In this document: positions 14,803-22,724 of the stretch, in pieces
Layout: each line of letters starts with the position of its first letter
How positions within the stretch are numbered: the first letter of the stretch is position 1
Assembly: GCA_016703225.1 (NCBI GenBank)
Contig: JADJCM010000002.1
Location: 504,106-528,105, forward strand
DNA length: 24,000 nucleotides
Direction: 5' to 3'
Origin: Lysobacterales bacterium
GTDB lineage: Bacteria; Pseudomonadota; Gammaproteobacteria; Xanthomonadales; Ahniellaceae
The notes under the pieces: model-generated
What the model was told of the DNA's origin: nothing
Seen by the model: only the letters and a program-made list of their open reading frames with translations
Database searches by the model: none
Made by a program: the position numbers and the translations under genes

Positions 14803-15789
14803 TCATGTCTTGTCCTGCTTGAGTGCGGCCTCGGCCGCCTCGTAGGCGATCACGATGCGCTGCACCAGCGGGTGGCGCACGACATCGCGCGCTTCGAAGA
14901 TGGTGAAGCTGATGCCCTCGACCTTGCGCAACACGTCCATGGCGTGGCGCAGGCCCGAGGTGACGTGTTTCGGCAGGTCGACCTGGGTGACGTCGCCGGT
15001 GATCACCGCCACCGCGCCGAAGCCGATGCGGGTCAGGAACATCTTCATCTGCTCGACCGTGGTGTTCTGCGCCTCGTCGAGGATCACGAAGGCGTCGTTC
15101 AAGGTACGGCCGCGCATGTAGGCGAGCGGCGCGATCTCGATGACATTGCGCTCGATCAGCTTCGCGACACGATCGAAGCCGAGCATTTCGTAGAGCGCGT
15201 CGTACAGCGGACGCAGGTAGGGATCGACCTTCTGCGACAGGTCGCCGGGCAGGAAGCCGAGCTTCTCGCCGGCTTCGACCGCGGGGCGCACCAGGATCAC
15301 GCGTTGCACGCGGTTGTTCTCGAGCGCGTCGACGGCGCTTGCCACTGCCAGGTAGGTCTTGCCGGTGCCGGCCGGACCGATGCCGAAATTGATGTCGTGG
15401 CGCGCAATCGCGTGCAGGTAGCGCTGCTGATTGGCGCCGCGACCGCGGACATTGCCGCGCTTGACCTTGATGCTGACGTCCTGCGCGTCTGGCGCCTGGC
15501 GTTCGATCAGGCGGTCGGCGCCAACCTCGCTGAGTGCGAGATGCACGCTGTGCTCGCTCAGCGTCTCGTCGGCGCTGGCCTCGTACAACATGCGCAACAC
15601 GCGCTCGCCGCGCCGCGTGGCCTCCACCGGCCCGCTCAGCCGGAAAATCGGGCCGCGATTGGCGATCTCGATGCCGAGCCGCGCCTCGATCTGGCGCAGG
15701 TGCGCATCGATCGGGCCGGCCAGATTGGCGAGGCGCTCGGCGTCGTTGCTGTCGAGCGTGAATTCACGTGCTGTCCGGGTTTTCGTCAT
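14803..15789 (-). CDS. ybeZ: PhoH-like ATPase (YbeZ family)
   Basis: 328 aa. Walker A is [12 protein letters not shown], with [18 protein letters not shown] and DEAQNTT. It lies upstream of ybeY, as in the conserved ybeZ-ybeY arrangement. Confidence 0.93.
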   Translation of the reverse strand: MTKTRTAREFTLDSNDAERLANLAGPIDAHLRQIEARLGIEIANRGPIFRLSGPVEATRRGERVLRMLYEASADETLSEHSVHLALSEVGADRLIERQAPDAQDVSIKVKRGNVRGRGANQQRYLHAIARHDINFGIGPAGTGKTYLAVASAVDALENNRVQRVILVRPAVEAGEKLGFLPGDLSQKVDPYLRPLYDALYEMLGFDRVAKLIERNVIEIAPLAYMRGRTLNDAFVILDEAQNTTVEQMKMFLTRIGFGAVAVITGDVTQVDLPKHVTSGLRHAMDVLRKVEGISFTIFEARDVVRHPLVQRIVIAYEAAEAALKQDKT

Positions 15790-15838
15790 GGACCGAGTTT
15801 AGCGCGCGACCGCGCGGGTTCCGTCCTAAGATCGGCAG

Positions 15839-18800
15839 ATGAAACGGGGGCTTCCGGGGTGGTGCTTGGCGTTCGGCCTGATCGGGTCGATGACGTCGCT
15901 CGCGTCGGCAACGCATTGGTCGGACATGCCGCTCGACGAACCCGGTTTCGCCAGCATCGGCGACTCCGAGTCGATTCCGGATGGTGTGGTCTCGGCGTTG
16001 GTCGAAGACCACGCCGGCATGATCTGGATCGGCTCACCGGCCGGGCTGATCCGCTACGACGGCTACCGCTTCCGCTTCCACGTCCATGACGACGCCGACC
16101 CGCGCTCGATCAGCGGCAATTTCGTGCGCAGCCTGCTGGTCGCGCGCGATGCGCGCCTCTGGATCGGCACCGAGGCCGATGGTCTGTCGGTGTATGACCC
16201 GGTGCAGGAGCGCTTCGAGAGTTTCTTACCTGATCCGGATCAGCCCGAGGGCATCGCTGCGGGAGCGGTGACCGCGCTCGCGGAAACGCCCGATGGTGCG
16301 GTCTGGATCGGGCAGCGCGGCGGCGGATTGAGTCGGCTCGATCCGCGCACGCGACAGTTCCGCCACTTCCATGCCGCTGCCGGTTCGGAGCAGGCGCCGA
16401 ACGACGACCGCGTGCAGGCCTTGCTGGTCGATCGCAGCGGTAGTCTTTGGGTCGGAACCTGGGATGGCCTCGCCCGATTGCGTGCGGGCGGCGATCGCTT
16501 CGAGCCGGTGCGTTTCGAAGCCGGTGTTGCCGATGTGCTCGCCGGCAAGACCGTGTGGTGTCTGTTCGAAGCGGGCGATGGCCGCATCTGGGTCGGTACG
16601 CAGCAGGGCGATCTGGCGCGCGTCGACCCGCGCGACGGCCGCGTGTTGGCGTTGGCCCAGTCCGATGCCGAGGGCGATCCTTCGGCTACGGTCTACACCG
16701 CCGTCCAGCCGCTGGCACAGGAAGTGTGGCTGGGTCGCACCAGCGGCATCGAGGTGCGTGCTGCCGACGATGGGCGTTTGCTGCGGCACCTGCGCCACGA
16801 TCCGGCGCGCAGCATGAGCCTGGCCAGCAACGAGGTGCGCGCGCTGCTGCTCGACCGCGCCCGCTTGGTCTGGGTCGGCGGCTACGGCGGCGGCGTGCAG
16901 CGCCATGACCCGAACCGGCGCAGCCTGCGCGTGCGGCGCAACGAGTCCGGACACGGCGGCGTGTTTGCCGACCCGAACGTGCGCAGCGTGCTGGAACTGA
17001 CCGATGGCCGCATTCTCGCCGGTACGCAGGAGAACGGCGTCGCCATTTTCGATGCCGGCTTGCGCCTGGTCGGCGCGTTCCGCGCAGCGCCCGGCCGGTC
17101 CGATGCCTTGCAGGGCGGGCGCGTTGGCGGCTTGGCGCAGACAGCGGACGGGGCGATCTGGATCGGCACCGATTCCGGTCTGTATCGCAGCGCGACGCAG
17201 CAGGATCGCTTCGAGCGCTTTGCCACCGGCAAGGGCCGCACGCGTCGGCTGCTGGCCGGGCGCGACGGCGAGGTCTGGGTCGCGACCGAAGATGGCCTGT
17301 ACCGGAAGTTTGCAGACGCATCCGATGCACAGCGGATCGCCGGTCCCGACGGTGAATTGGTTGGAGGCGACGTCAACGCGCTGGTGCAGGCCGCCGATGG
17401 CCACATCTGGGTGGGCACCGAGAAGGGCATCTACGTGACCACCGCGGCCCGCCCGGACATGCAACGGTTGGCAGTCGCCGCCGATGCCGGGCTGGCGCAT
17501 CCGACCGTGCTTGGCATGATGTTCGACCGCAACGGCAGCCTGTGGGTCGATACGGCCATCGGCCTGCATCGGCTGCGCGATCCGGCCCAGGCTCCGGCGC
17601 GTTTCGAGCGCGTCAGCGAGCGCCTTGGCATTGGCGGCAGACCGTTTGGCGCGAACCTGCAGCAAGACGCGGCCGGGCGCATCTGGACGCACGAGTTCGT
17701 GCACGATCCGGCCAACGGCACCGTCCACGAACTGACCCGCGCCGATGGCGTCGACTTCGGCACCGGCTGGTTCCGCGCCGATGCCAAGACCCGTGATGGG
17801 CGCCTGCTGTTCGGTGGCAGCAAGGGCCTGCTGGTGGTCGATCCGGCCGGCTTCCGTGCATGGGACTACGCGCCGCCAGTGGTCGCCACCGAGCTCAAGG
17901 TCGACGGCCGCGCGCAGCCGCTCGGTGCCTTGGATCAGGGCCTGAACCTGGCACCCGAGCAGCGCGGCTTCAGCGTCGAATTCGCGGCGCTGGACTTGAG
18001 CGCGCCGGAGCGCAATCGCTACGCCTACCGGCTCGACGGTTTCGATTCCGGCTGGACCGATACCGACGCCAACTATCGCGTTGCCACCTACAGCAACCTG
18101 TGGCCGGGCGAGTATCGGATGCGCATACGCGGCAGCAATCGCAGCGGCAGCTTCAGTCCGCAGGAGCTGGTATTTCCGGTGCGCGTGCTGCCGGCGTTCT
18201 GGCAGACCTGGTGGTTCGCGCTGCTGGTCGCGTTCGCGGCGATGGCGTTGGTCGTGTCCGGATTTCGCTCGCGCACCGCGCGCATCCGCCGCAAGGCCGA
18301 GCAGTTGCAGCAACTGGTCGACGGCCGCACTGCAGAACTTCGCGCCGCCAAGGAGCGCGCCGAGAGTGCGCTCGGCGAGCTGCGCGGTGCGCAGCGGCAG
18401 CTGGTCGAGGCCGAAAAGATGGCTTCGCTCGGCGGTCTGGTCGCCGGCATCGCGCACGAGATCAACACCCCGATCGGTATCGCCGTCACCGCCGCCACGC
18501 ATCTGCAGGAATCGAGCCGCGTGCTGGTGGCACGCATCGACGCGCGCGAACTCAAGGCCAGCGAACTGCCGGCGTTCCGTGACAACGTCAACGAGTCGAT
18601 GCGGCTGATCCTTGGCAGCCTGGACCGCGCGCTGCACCTGATCACCAGTTTCAAGAAAGTCGCGGTCGACCAGTCCAGCGAGCAGCGCCGGCGCTTCGAG
18701 CTGCGCGGCTTCCTCGACGACGTGCGCACCGCGCTGGCACCGACCTACAAGCACACCAGCCACCGGCTCGACATCGACTGCGCCGAGGGCATCGTCGCGG

Positions 18801-19162
18801 ACACTTACCCGGGTGCGCTGTTCCAGGTGCTGACCAATCTGATCCACAACGCGCTGGTGCATGCCTTCACCGAGGGCAGCGCCGGGCACATGCAGGTCAG
18901 CGTGCAGGCCGACGGCGATGGCTTCTTGCTGCGCTTCCGCGACGACGGCGTCGGCATGCCCGAGGCGGTCGCGGCGCGCGCGTTCGAGCCGTTCTTCACC
19001 ACCCGTCGCGGCAGCGGCGGCTCCGGCCTCGGGCTGCACGTGGTGTTCAACCTGGTCACGCAAATGCTTGGCGGCCGCATCGAACTGCACACCGCACCCG
19101 GCGCCGGCTGCGAGTTCGTGTTGCATCTGCCGCTGCAAGCGCCGGCGCGGCCGCAGCGCTAG
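15839..19162 (+). CDS. Sensor histidine kinase with a periplasmic two-component-regulator propeller repeats + Y_Y_Y domain (no receiver or output domain)
   Basis: 1107 aa with an N-terminal signal/anchor. Many ~45-residue repeats of the type VxALxxDxxGxxWIGTxxGLxRxD are present. A YYY-like region (RYAYRLDGFDSGWTD...YRVATYSNLWPGEYRMRIRGSN) follows, then a TM helix (WWFALLVAFAAMALVVSGF) and a coiled coil. The H-box is EKMASLGGLVAGIAHEINTPIG. The ATPase N, G1 and G2 boxes are NLIHNALVHA, DDGVGM and GSGLGLHVV. Confidence 0.9.
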   Translation: MKRGLPGWCLAFGLIGSMTSLASATHWSDMPLDEPGFASIGDSESIPDGVVSALVEDHAGMIWIGSPAGLIRYDGYRFRFHVHDDADPRSISGNFVRSLLVARDARLWIGTEADGLSVYDPVQERFESFLPDPDQPEGIAAGAVTALAETPDGAVWIGQRGGGLSRLDPRTRQFRHFHAAAGSEQAPNDDRVQALLVDRSGSLWVGTWDGLARLRAGGDRFEPVRFEAGVADVLAGKTVWCLFEAGDGRIWVGTQQGDLARVDPRDGRVLALAQSDAEGDPSATVYTAVQPLAQEVWLGRTSGIEVRAADDGRLLRHLRHDPARSMSLASNEVRALLLDRARLVWVGGYGGGVQRHDPNRRSLRVRRNESGHGGVFADPNVRSVLELTDGRILAGTQENGVAIFDAGLRLVGAFRAAPGRSDALQGGRVGGLAQTADGAIWIGTDSGLYRSATQQDRFERFATGKGRTRRLLAGRDGEVWVATEDGLYRKFADASDAQRIAGPDGELVGGDVNALVQAADGHIWVGTEKGIYVTTAARPDMQRLAVAADAGLAHPTVLGMMFDRNGSLWVDTAIGLHRLRDPAQAPARFERVSERLGIGGRPFGANLQQDAAGRIWTHEFVHDPANGTVHELTRADGVDFGTGWFRADAKTRDGRLLFGGSKGLLVVDPAGFRAWDYAPPVVATELKVDGRAQPLGALDQGLNLAPEQRGFSVEFAALDLSAPERNRYAYRLDGFDSGWTDTDANYRVATYSNLWPGEYRMRIRGSNRSGSFSPQELVFPVRVLPAFWQTWWFALLVAFAAMALVVSGFRSRTARIRRKAEQLQQLVDGRTAELRAAKERAESALGELRGAQRQLVEAEKMASLGGLVAGIAHEINTPIGIAVTAATHLQESSRVLVARIDARELKASELPAFRDNVNESMRLILGSLDRALHLITSFKKVAVDQSSEQRRRFELRGFLDDVRTALAPTYKHTSHRLDIDCAEGIVADTYPGALFQVLTNLIHNALVHAFTEGSAGHMQVSVQADGDGFLLRFRDDGVGMPEAVAARAFEPFFTTRRGSGGSGLGLHVVFNLVTQMLGGRIELHTAPGAGCEFVLHLPLQAPARPQR

Positions 19163-20745
19163 CGACAGCTGCCGGGGCTGAAGCTCGCAGGATCCTGTTC
19201 CAGTCCGTCGGCAAACAGCGTCTCGCCGAACACCGGGCCGAATTCGCTGGTGTTGCCCTGCGCGTCGATCGCGAGCAGCGTCAACGGCAAGACATTGGCG
19301 CCGATGTTCAGGGTGAACTGCAGCGGTTGTTGCGCGTTGATCTCGTCGATCTCCGCCTCGGCCAGCAATTCGGCGCTGCCGCCACCGCAGGCGGCGCGAT
19401 GGAACTGCACGGTGATCGGGTAGCTGCTGTTGCCGGGCAGGCTGTCGAGCGTGTAGTCCACGGTTACGCTGTCGCCACCGCTGGGTAGAAAGCCCGCCGG
19501 CAGAGTGAGATTCGGGAAGTTCTGGAAGCGGTTGCCGCCCGCCGCGATGCTGGGGTCGTTGCCGGCGGCATCGGCGTCGTCCGTGTCGTTGGGTGTGGCG
19601 CCGTCGAAGGCATTGCTGCCGGCCAGGTCGATGGCCAGTCCGCCATTGCCATGGAAGGTGTTGCCGAGGATCGGCGCGTTCCAGCAACTGCCGATGGCGA
19701 TGCCGGCGTTGGCGTTGTGGACGATGGCATTGCCCTCGCCGGGTGCGCTGCCGCCGATCAATGTGCGGCAGTAGCCGCCGAGGCTGACCAGGATTGCGGG
19801 ATAGCTCGAGGCTCGCCCATTGCCGAGCGCGCGGCCATCGATGCCGCTGCCGATGCGGTTGCCCTGGATGCGCACATGCGGCGCCAACCCCTGCGCCTGG
19901 GACGCGCCTGCAACAATTTCGACGGCCGCGAAGCCGTTGCCCGAAATCACATTGCCTTCGGCCGCCATGGCGCCGCCGATCAAGGTGTCTTGGGCAGAGA
20001 GCAGGTACGCGCCGAAATCCTGGCGGCCAGGGACCGAGGTCAGGTCGGCCGAGGCGCCGATGATGTTGCCCTGAATGCGCACCGAGGTCAGCCCGTATTG
20101 GTTTGCCAGGCCGTGATTGCGATTGGCGGAGATGACGTTGCCCTGCGCCGGGGTAGCGCCGCCGATGCGCACGTCGCCGCCGAGGGCAATGCCGTAGTCA
20201 TTGGCTGCGGCGAGTTGGCCGCTGATGTCGGTGCCGATGTAGTTGCCCTCGACGATGTTCGGGCCCGGATTGAAATGGAAGATCGCAAAATGCCAATGGT
20301 TGACGGCCAGCCCGCGCACACTCAACGGCGCATAAGCGATCAGGCCATCGGCTGCGTTTCCGGGGCCGCGCAGTTCGATCTTGAGCGTGTGCGCGATGCC
20401 GGCGTAGGGTGGGTTGCCATTGGGTGTGGCACCCGCCTGGGTAAAGCCGTCGATGCTCAGACCTTCCATGATGTTGGGCAGACTGCTCGCTGCGTCGATG
20501 CGCCAGTGCTGCGTGCCGGCCTGGTAGCCGGGATCGGCGATGGGCAGGTCGAAGGCGATAGCGTCGGCACCGGGCAGGGCGTTGGCGGTGACGATGGCGC
20601 CGCGCAGCGAGCAGTCGGCGGCGACGGCATCGTTGCAGTCGCCGAGCGCGGCGTCGCTGCTGGTGTCGACGATGAAGGTGGCGGCACCGGCGCAATGGCT
20701 GCCGGCAATCACTGCGAGAACGGTCAGGGTACGCAGCAGGGTCAT
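19159..20745 (-). CDS. Secreted CSLREA-domain parallel beta-helix repeat protein
   Basis: Same frame as tracked ORF 19159..20937. ATG 20745 has GGAG 9 nt upstream. The signal peptide is MTLLRTLTVLAVIAGSHCAGA|AT. The N-terminal motif is FIVDTSSDAALGDCNDAVAADCSLRGAIVTANALPGADAIAFDLP. Repeated G-N-x-I/G rungs follow. The family-typical end is ...NRFQNFPNL...AIDAQGNTSEFGPV, then the tail ETLFADGLEQDPASFSPGSCR*. Confidence 0.85.
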   Translation of the reverse strand: MTLLRTLTVLAVIAGSHCAGAATFIVDTSSDAALGDCNDAVAADCSLRGAIVTANALPGADAIAFDLPIADPGYQAGTQHWRIDAASSLPNIMEGLSIDGFTQAGATPNGNPPYAGIAHTLKIELRGPGNAADGLIAYAPLSVRGLAVNHWHFAIFHFNPGPNIVEGNYIGTDISGQLAAANDYGIALGGDVRIGGATPAQGNVISANRNHGLANQYGLTSVRIQGNIIGASADLTSVPGRQDFGAYLLSAQDTLIGGAMAAEGNVISGNGFAAVEIVAGASQAQGLAPHVRIQGNRIGSGIDGRALGNGRASSYPAILVSLGGYCRTLIGGSAPGEGNAIVHNANAGIAIGSCWNAPILGNTFHGNGGLAIDLAGSNAFDGATPNDTDDADAAGNDPSIAAGGNRFQNFPNLTLPAGFLPSGGDSVTVDYTLDSLPGNSSYPITVQFHRAACGGGSAELLAEAEIDEINAQQPLQFTLNIGANVLPLTLLAIDAQGNTSEFGPVFGETLFADGLEQDPASFSPGSCR

Positions 20746-20851
20746 GGGCAAGTCTCCGGGGTTTCCGGGGCATACGCTGCTTTGGTGGCGCAACTGACAT
20801 CGGCTGCTACATTTCGCCCGAGCCGCTGACGCGTGAGGGGTCGCCGCTGCA

Positions 20852-22177
20852 ATGGATGCATTCGTCTGGGATGAGCGCTTCGCCATTGGCGAGGCGCAGG
20901 TGGACTTCGAACACCAGGGGCTGGTGCGCATCATCAACGCGGTGGTGGCGCTGCATCGGGCCGGGGGCGGCAGTGCCGCGGAGCTGGAGCCGCTGCTCGA
21001 CGAACTGTTCGACTACGCCGCCACCCACTTCCGCCACGAGGAAGCGCTGATGCAGGGCAGCGGCATCGACGCCCGCCACTGCCGCCAACATGCGCTCGCG
21101 CACGGCGACTTCACCCGGCAGGTGCGGCGCCTGCGCGAGCTGCCGTTCCAGCCGACCAACACCTCGCATCTGGCGCGCTTCCTGACCGGATGGCTGGCGG
21201 CGCACATCCTGCGCGAGGACCGCTCGATGATGCGCCAGATCGAGCGCGTGCGTGCCGGCATCGATGCGGCCGACGCCTACGCGGCCGAGCTGGCGATCCC
21301 GGTGGATGTGGCGGTCGACAATCTGCTGCAGGCGATGGACGCGCTGTATCGCCTCGCCGACGCGCGCAGCGAGCAGTTGCAGTTGATGAAGGACCGGCTC
21401 GAAGAACTGGTCGCCGAGCGCACGCAGCAGTTGCTGCAGTCCGAGAAGATGGCCGCGGTCGGCCAACTCGCCGCCGGCGTCGCGCACGAAATCAACAATC
21501 CAATCGGCTTCGTGCGCTCGAACCTGTCCACGCTCAAGCGCTATCTGGACCAGTTCGGCGCGGCGCTCGATGCCGCTGCGGGTGGCACCACCGCGAGCGA
21601 CGAACTGGCCTTCGTGCGCGCCGACGCGGCGGCGCTGGTCGAGGAGAGCGAAGAGGGCGTGGAGCGCGTGCGCCGCATCGTCGCGGACCTGCGTGAGTTC
21701 TCCCAGGTCGATGCAGTGGCGACGCCGCGTGCGGTCGATGTGCACGCCGGCATCGACTCGATGCTGAACATCCTGCGCGCCCGCTTCGGAAATCGTTGCG
21801 AGGTGGTGCGCGAGTACGGCCGCGTGCCGGAAGTCGTGTGCCAACCGGCGCTGCTCAACCAGGTGCTGCTGAACCTCTGCGTGAACGCGGTCGAGGCGAT
21901 GGATGCGCGCGGCGGACAGCTGACGGTGCGCACCGGACCCTGCGGCGATGGTGTCTGCATCGAAGTCGCCCACGACGGGTGCGGTATCGCTCCCGAGCAC
22001 CTGCCGCACATCTTCGAGCCGTTCTTCACCACCAAACCGGTCGGGTCCGGGACCGGGCTGGGTCTGGCCGTGGCTTACGGCATCGTGCAGCAGCACCAGG
22101 GCACGCTGACCGCGACCAGCACACCGGGGGTCGGCAGCTGCTTCCACATCGAGCTGCCGGCGCGGCCGCCGCGCTGA
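20852..22177 (+). CDS. Cytoplasmic bacteriohemerythrin-domain histidine kinase
   Basis: 441 aa with no TM segment. The N-terminal hemerythrin signature is WDERFAIGEAQVDFEHQGL, THFRHEEALM, HALAHGDF and WLAAHILREDR. A coiled coil follows. The H-box is EKMAAVGQLAAGVAHEINNPIG. The ATPase boxes are NLCVNAVEAM, HDGCGI and GTGLGLAVAYG. Confidence 0.9.
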   Translation: MDAFVWDERFAIGEAQVDFEHQGLVRIINAVVALHRAGGGSAAELEPLLDELFDYAATHFRHEEALMQGSGIDARHCRQHALAHGDFTRQVRRLRELPFQPTNTSHLARFLTGWLAAHILREDRSMMRQIERVRAGIDAADAYAAELAIPVDVAVDNLLQAMDALYRLADARSEQLQLMKDRLEELVAERTQQLLQSEKMAAVGQLAAGVAHEINNPIGFVRSNLSTLKRYLDQFGAALDAAAGGTTASDELAFVRADAAALVEESEEGVERVRRIVADLREFSQVDAVATPRAVDVHAGIDSMLNILRARFGNRCEVVREYGRVPEVVCQPALLNQVLLNLCVNAVEAMDARGGQLTVRTGPCGDGVCIEVAHDGCGIAPEHLPHIFEPFFTTKPVGSGTGLGLAVAYGIVQQHQGTLTATSTPGVGSCFHIELPARPPR

Positions 22178-22186
22178 GGCCAGGCG

Positions 22187-22705
22187 CTACTCGCGGTAGA
22201 CGAAACGTCCGTCCTCGATCTTCATCACCACGTCGTCGTTGCCAGTGAGCGTGCCGTTGAACTCGACTTCGATGTGCGCGGGAGCGGCCTCGGCGACGTG
22301 CACGTCGACGACCACGTCGTAGCCCATCATGCTGCCGGCGATGAAGCGCTCCGGTGTGTAGTTCGCGAGCTGGGCGACGCTGCCGGCGGCGTCGCCGTTG
22401 CGGATTTCGTAGTGTCCCGGTCCGTTGATGCCGAACAGGTTGAGGTTGAACAGCTGCTCGCCTGCGTCTTTCGGCCCGCGCGCGCCGGCGACGATCAGCG
22501 CGCGTTCGTAGCCGGGCGGATGGAATGCGCCGAAGACATCGTGGTCGGCGCGCCATTCGATGCCATCGATGCGCATCTGCAGCGTGTTCTGGACGCTGGC
22601 GCCGGGCGCGATGCCGACTGCCGGTGCGATCGGCACGACGGACTCGCCGCAGCCGCAGGCGAGCAGGGCGAACAGCAAAATCGGGGCAGTGCGGGTGATG
22701 CGCAT
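22187..22705 (-). CDS. Lipoprotein of unknown function
   Basis: Same frame as tracked ORF 22187..22831. ATG 22705 has GGAGG ~10 nt upstream and lies 19 nt after the upstream gene stop. A lipobox is present: MRITRTAPILLFALLA|CGCGE. The body is beta-rich and I recognise no catalytic motif. Confidence 0.7.
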   Translation of the reverse strand: MRITRTAPILLFALLACGCGESVVPIAPAVGIAPGASVQNTLQMRIDGIEWRADHDVFGAFHPPGYERALIVAGARGPKDAGEQLFNLNLFGINGPGHYEIRNGDAAGSVAQLANYTPERFIAGSMMGYDVVVDVHVAEAAPAHIEVEFNGTLTGNDDVVMKIEDGRFVYRE

Positions 22706-22724
22706 CGGCGGGGTCCTCCGGGAT

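Noticed and set aside
11896-16089. Plus-strand ORFs 11896..12798, 12792..13721, 13450..14184, 13878..14822 and 14566..16089
   Set aside because: They lie opposite the Cys-rich protein, Hpt, GNAT, ybeY and ybeZ genes, all of which have recognisable motifs on the minus strand. These are shadow ORFs.
16226-19687. 1153-aa minus-strand ORF spanning the sensor kinase and part of the CSLREA gene
   Set aside because: This is an antisense shadow of the 1107-aa kinase. It crosses a gene boundary, and its product is R/A/G/Q-rich with no domain signature.
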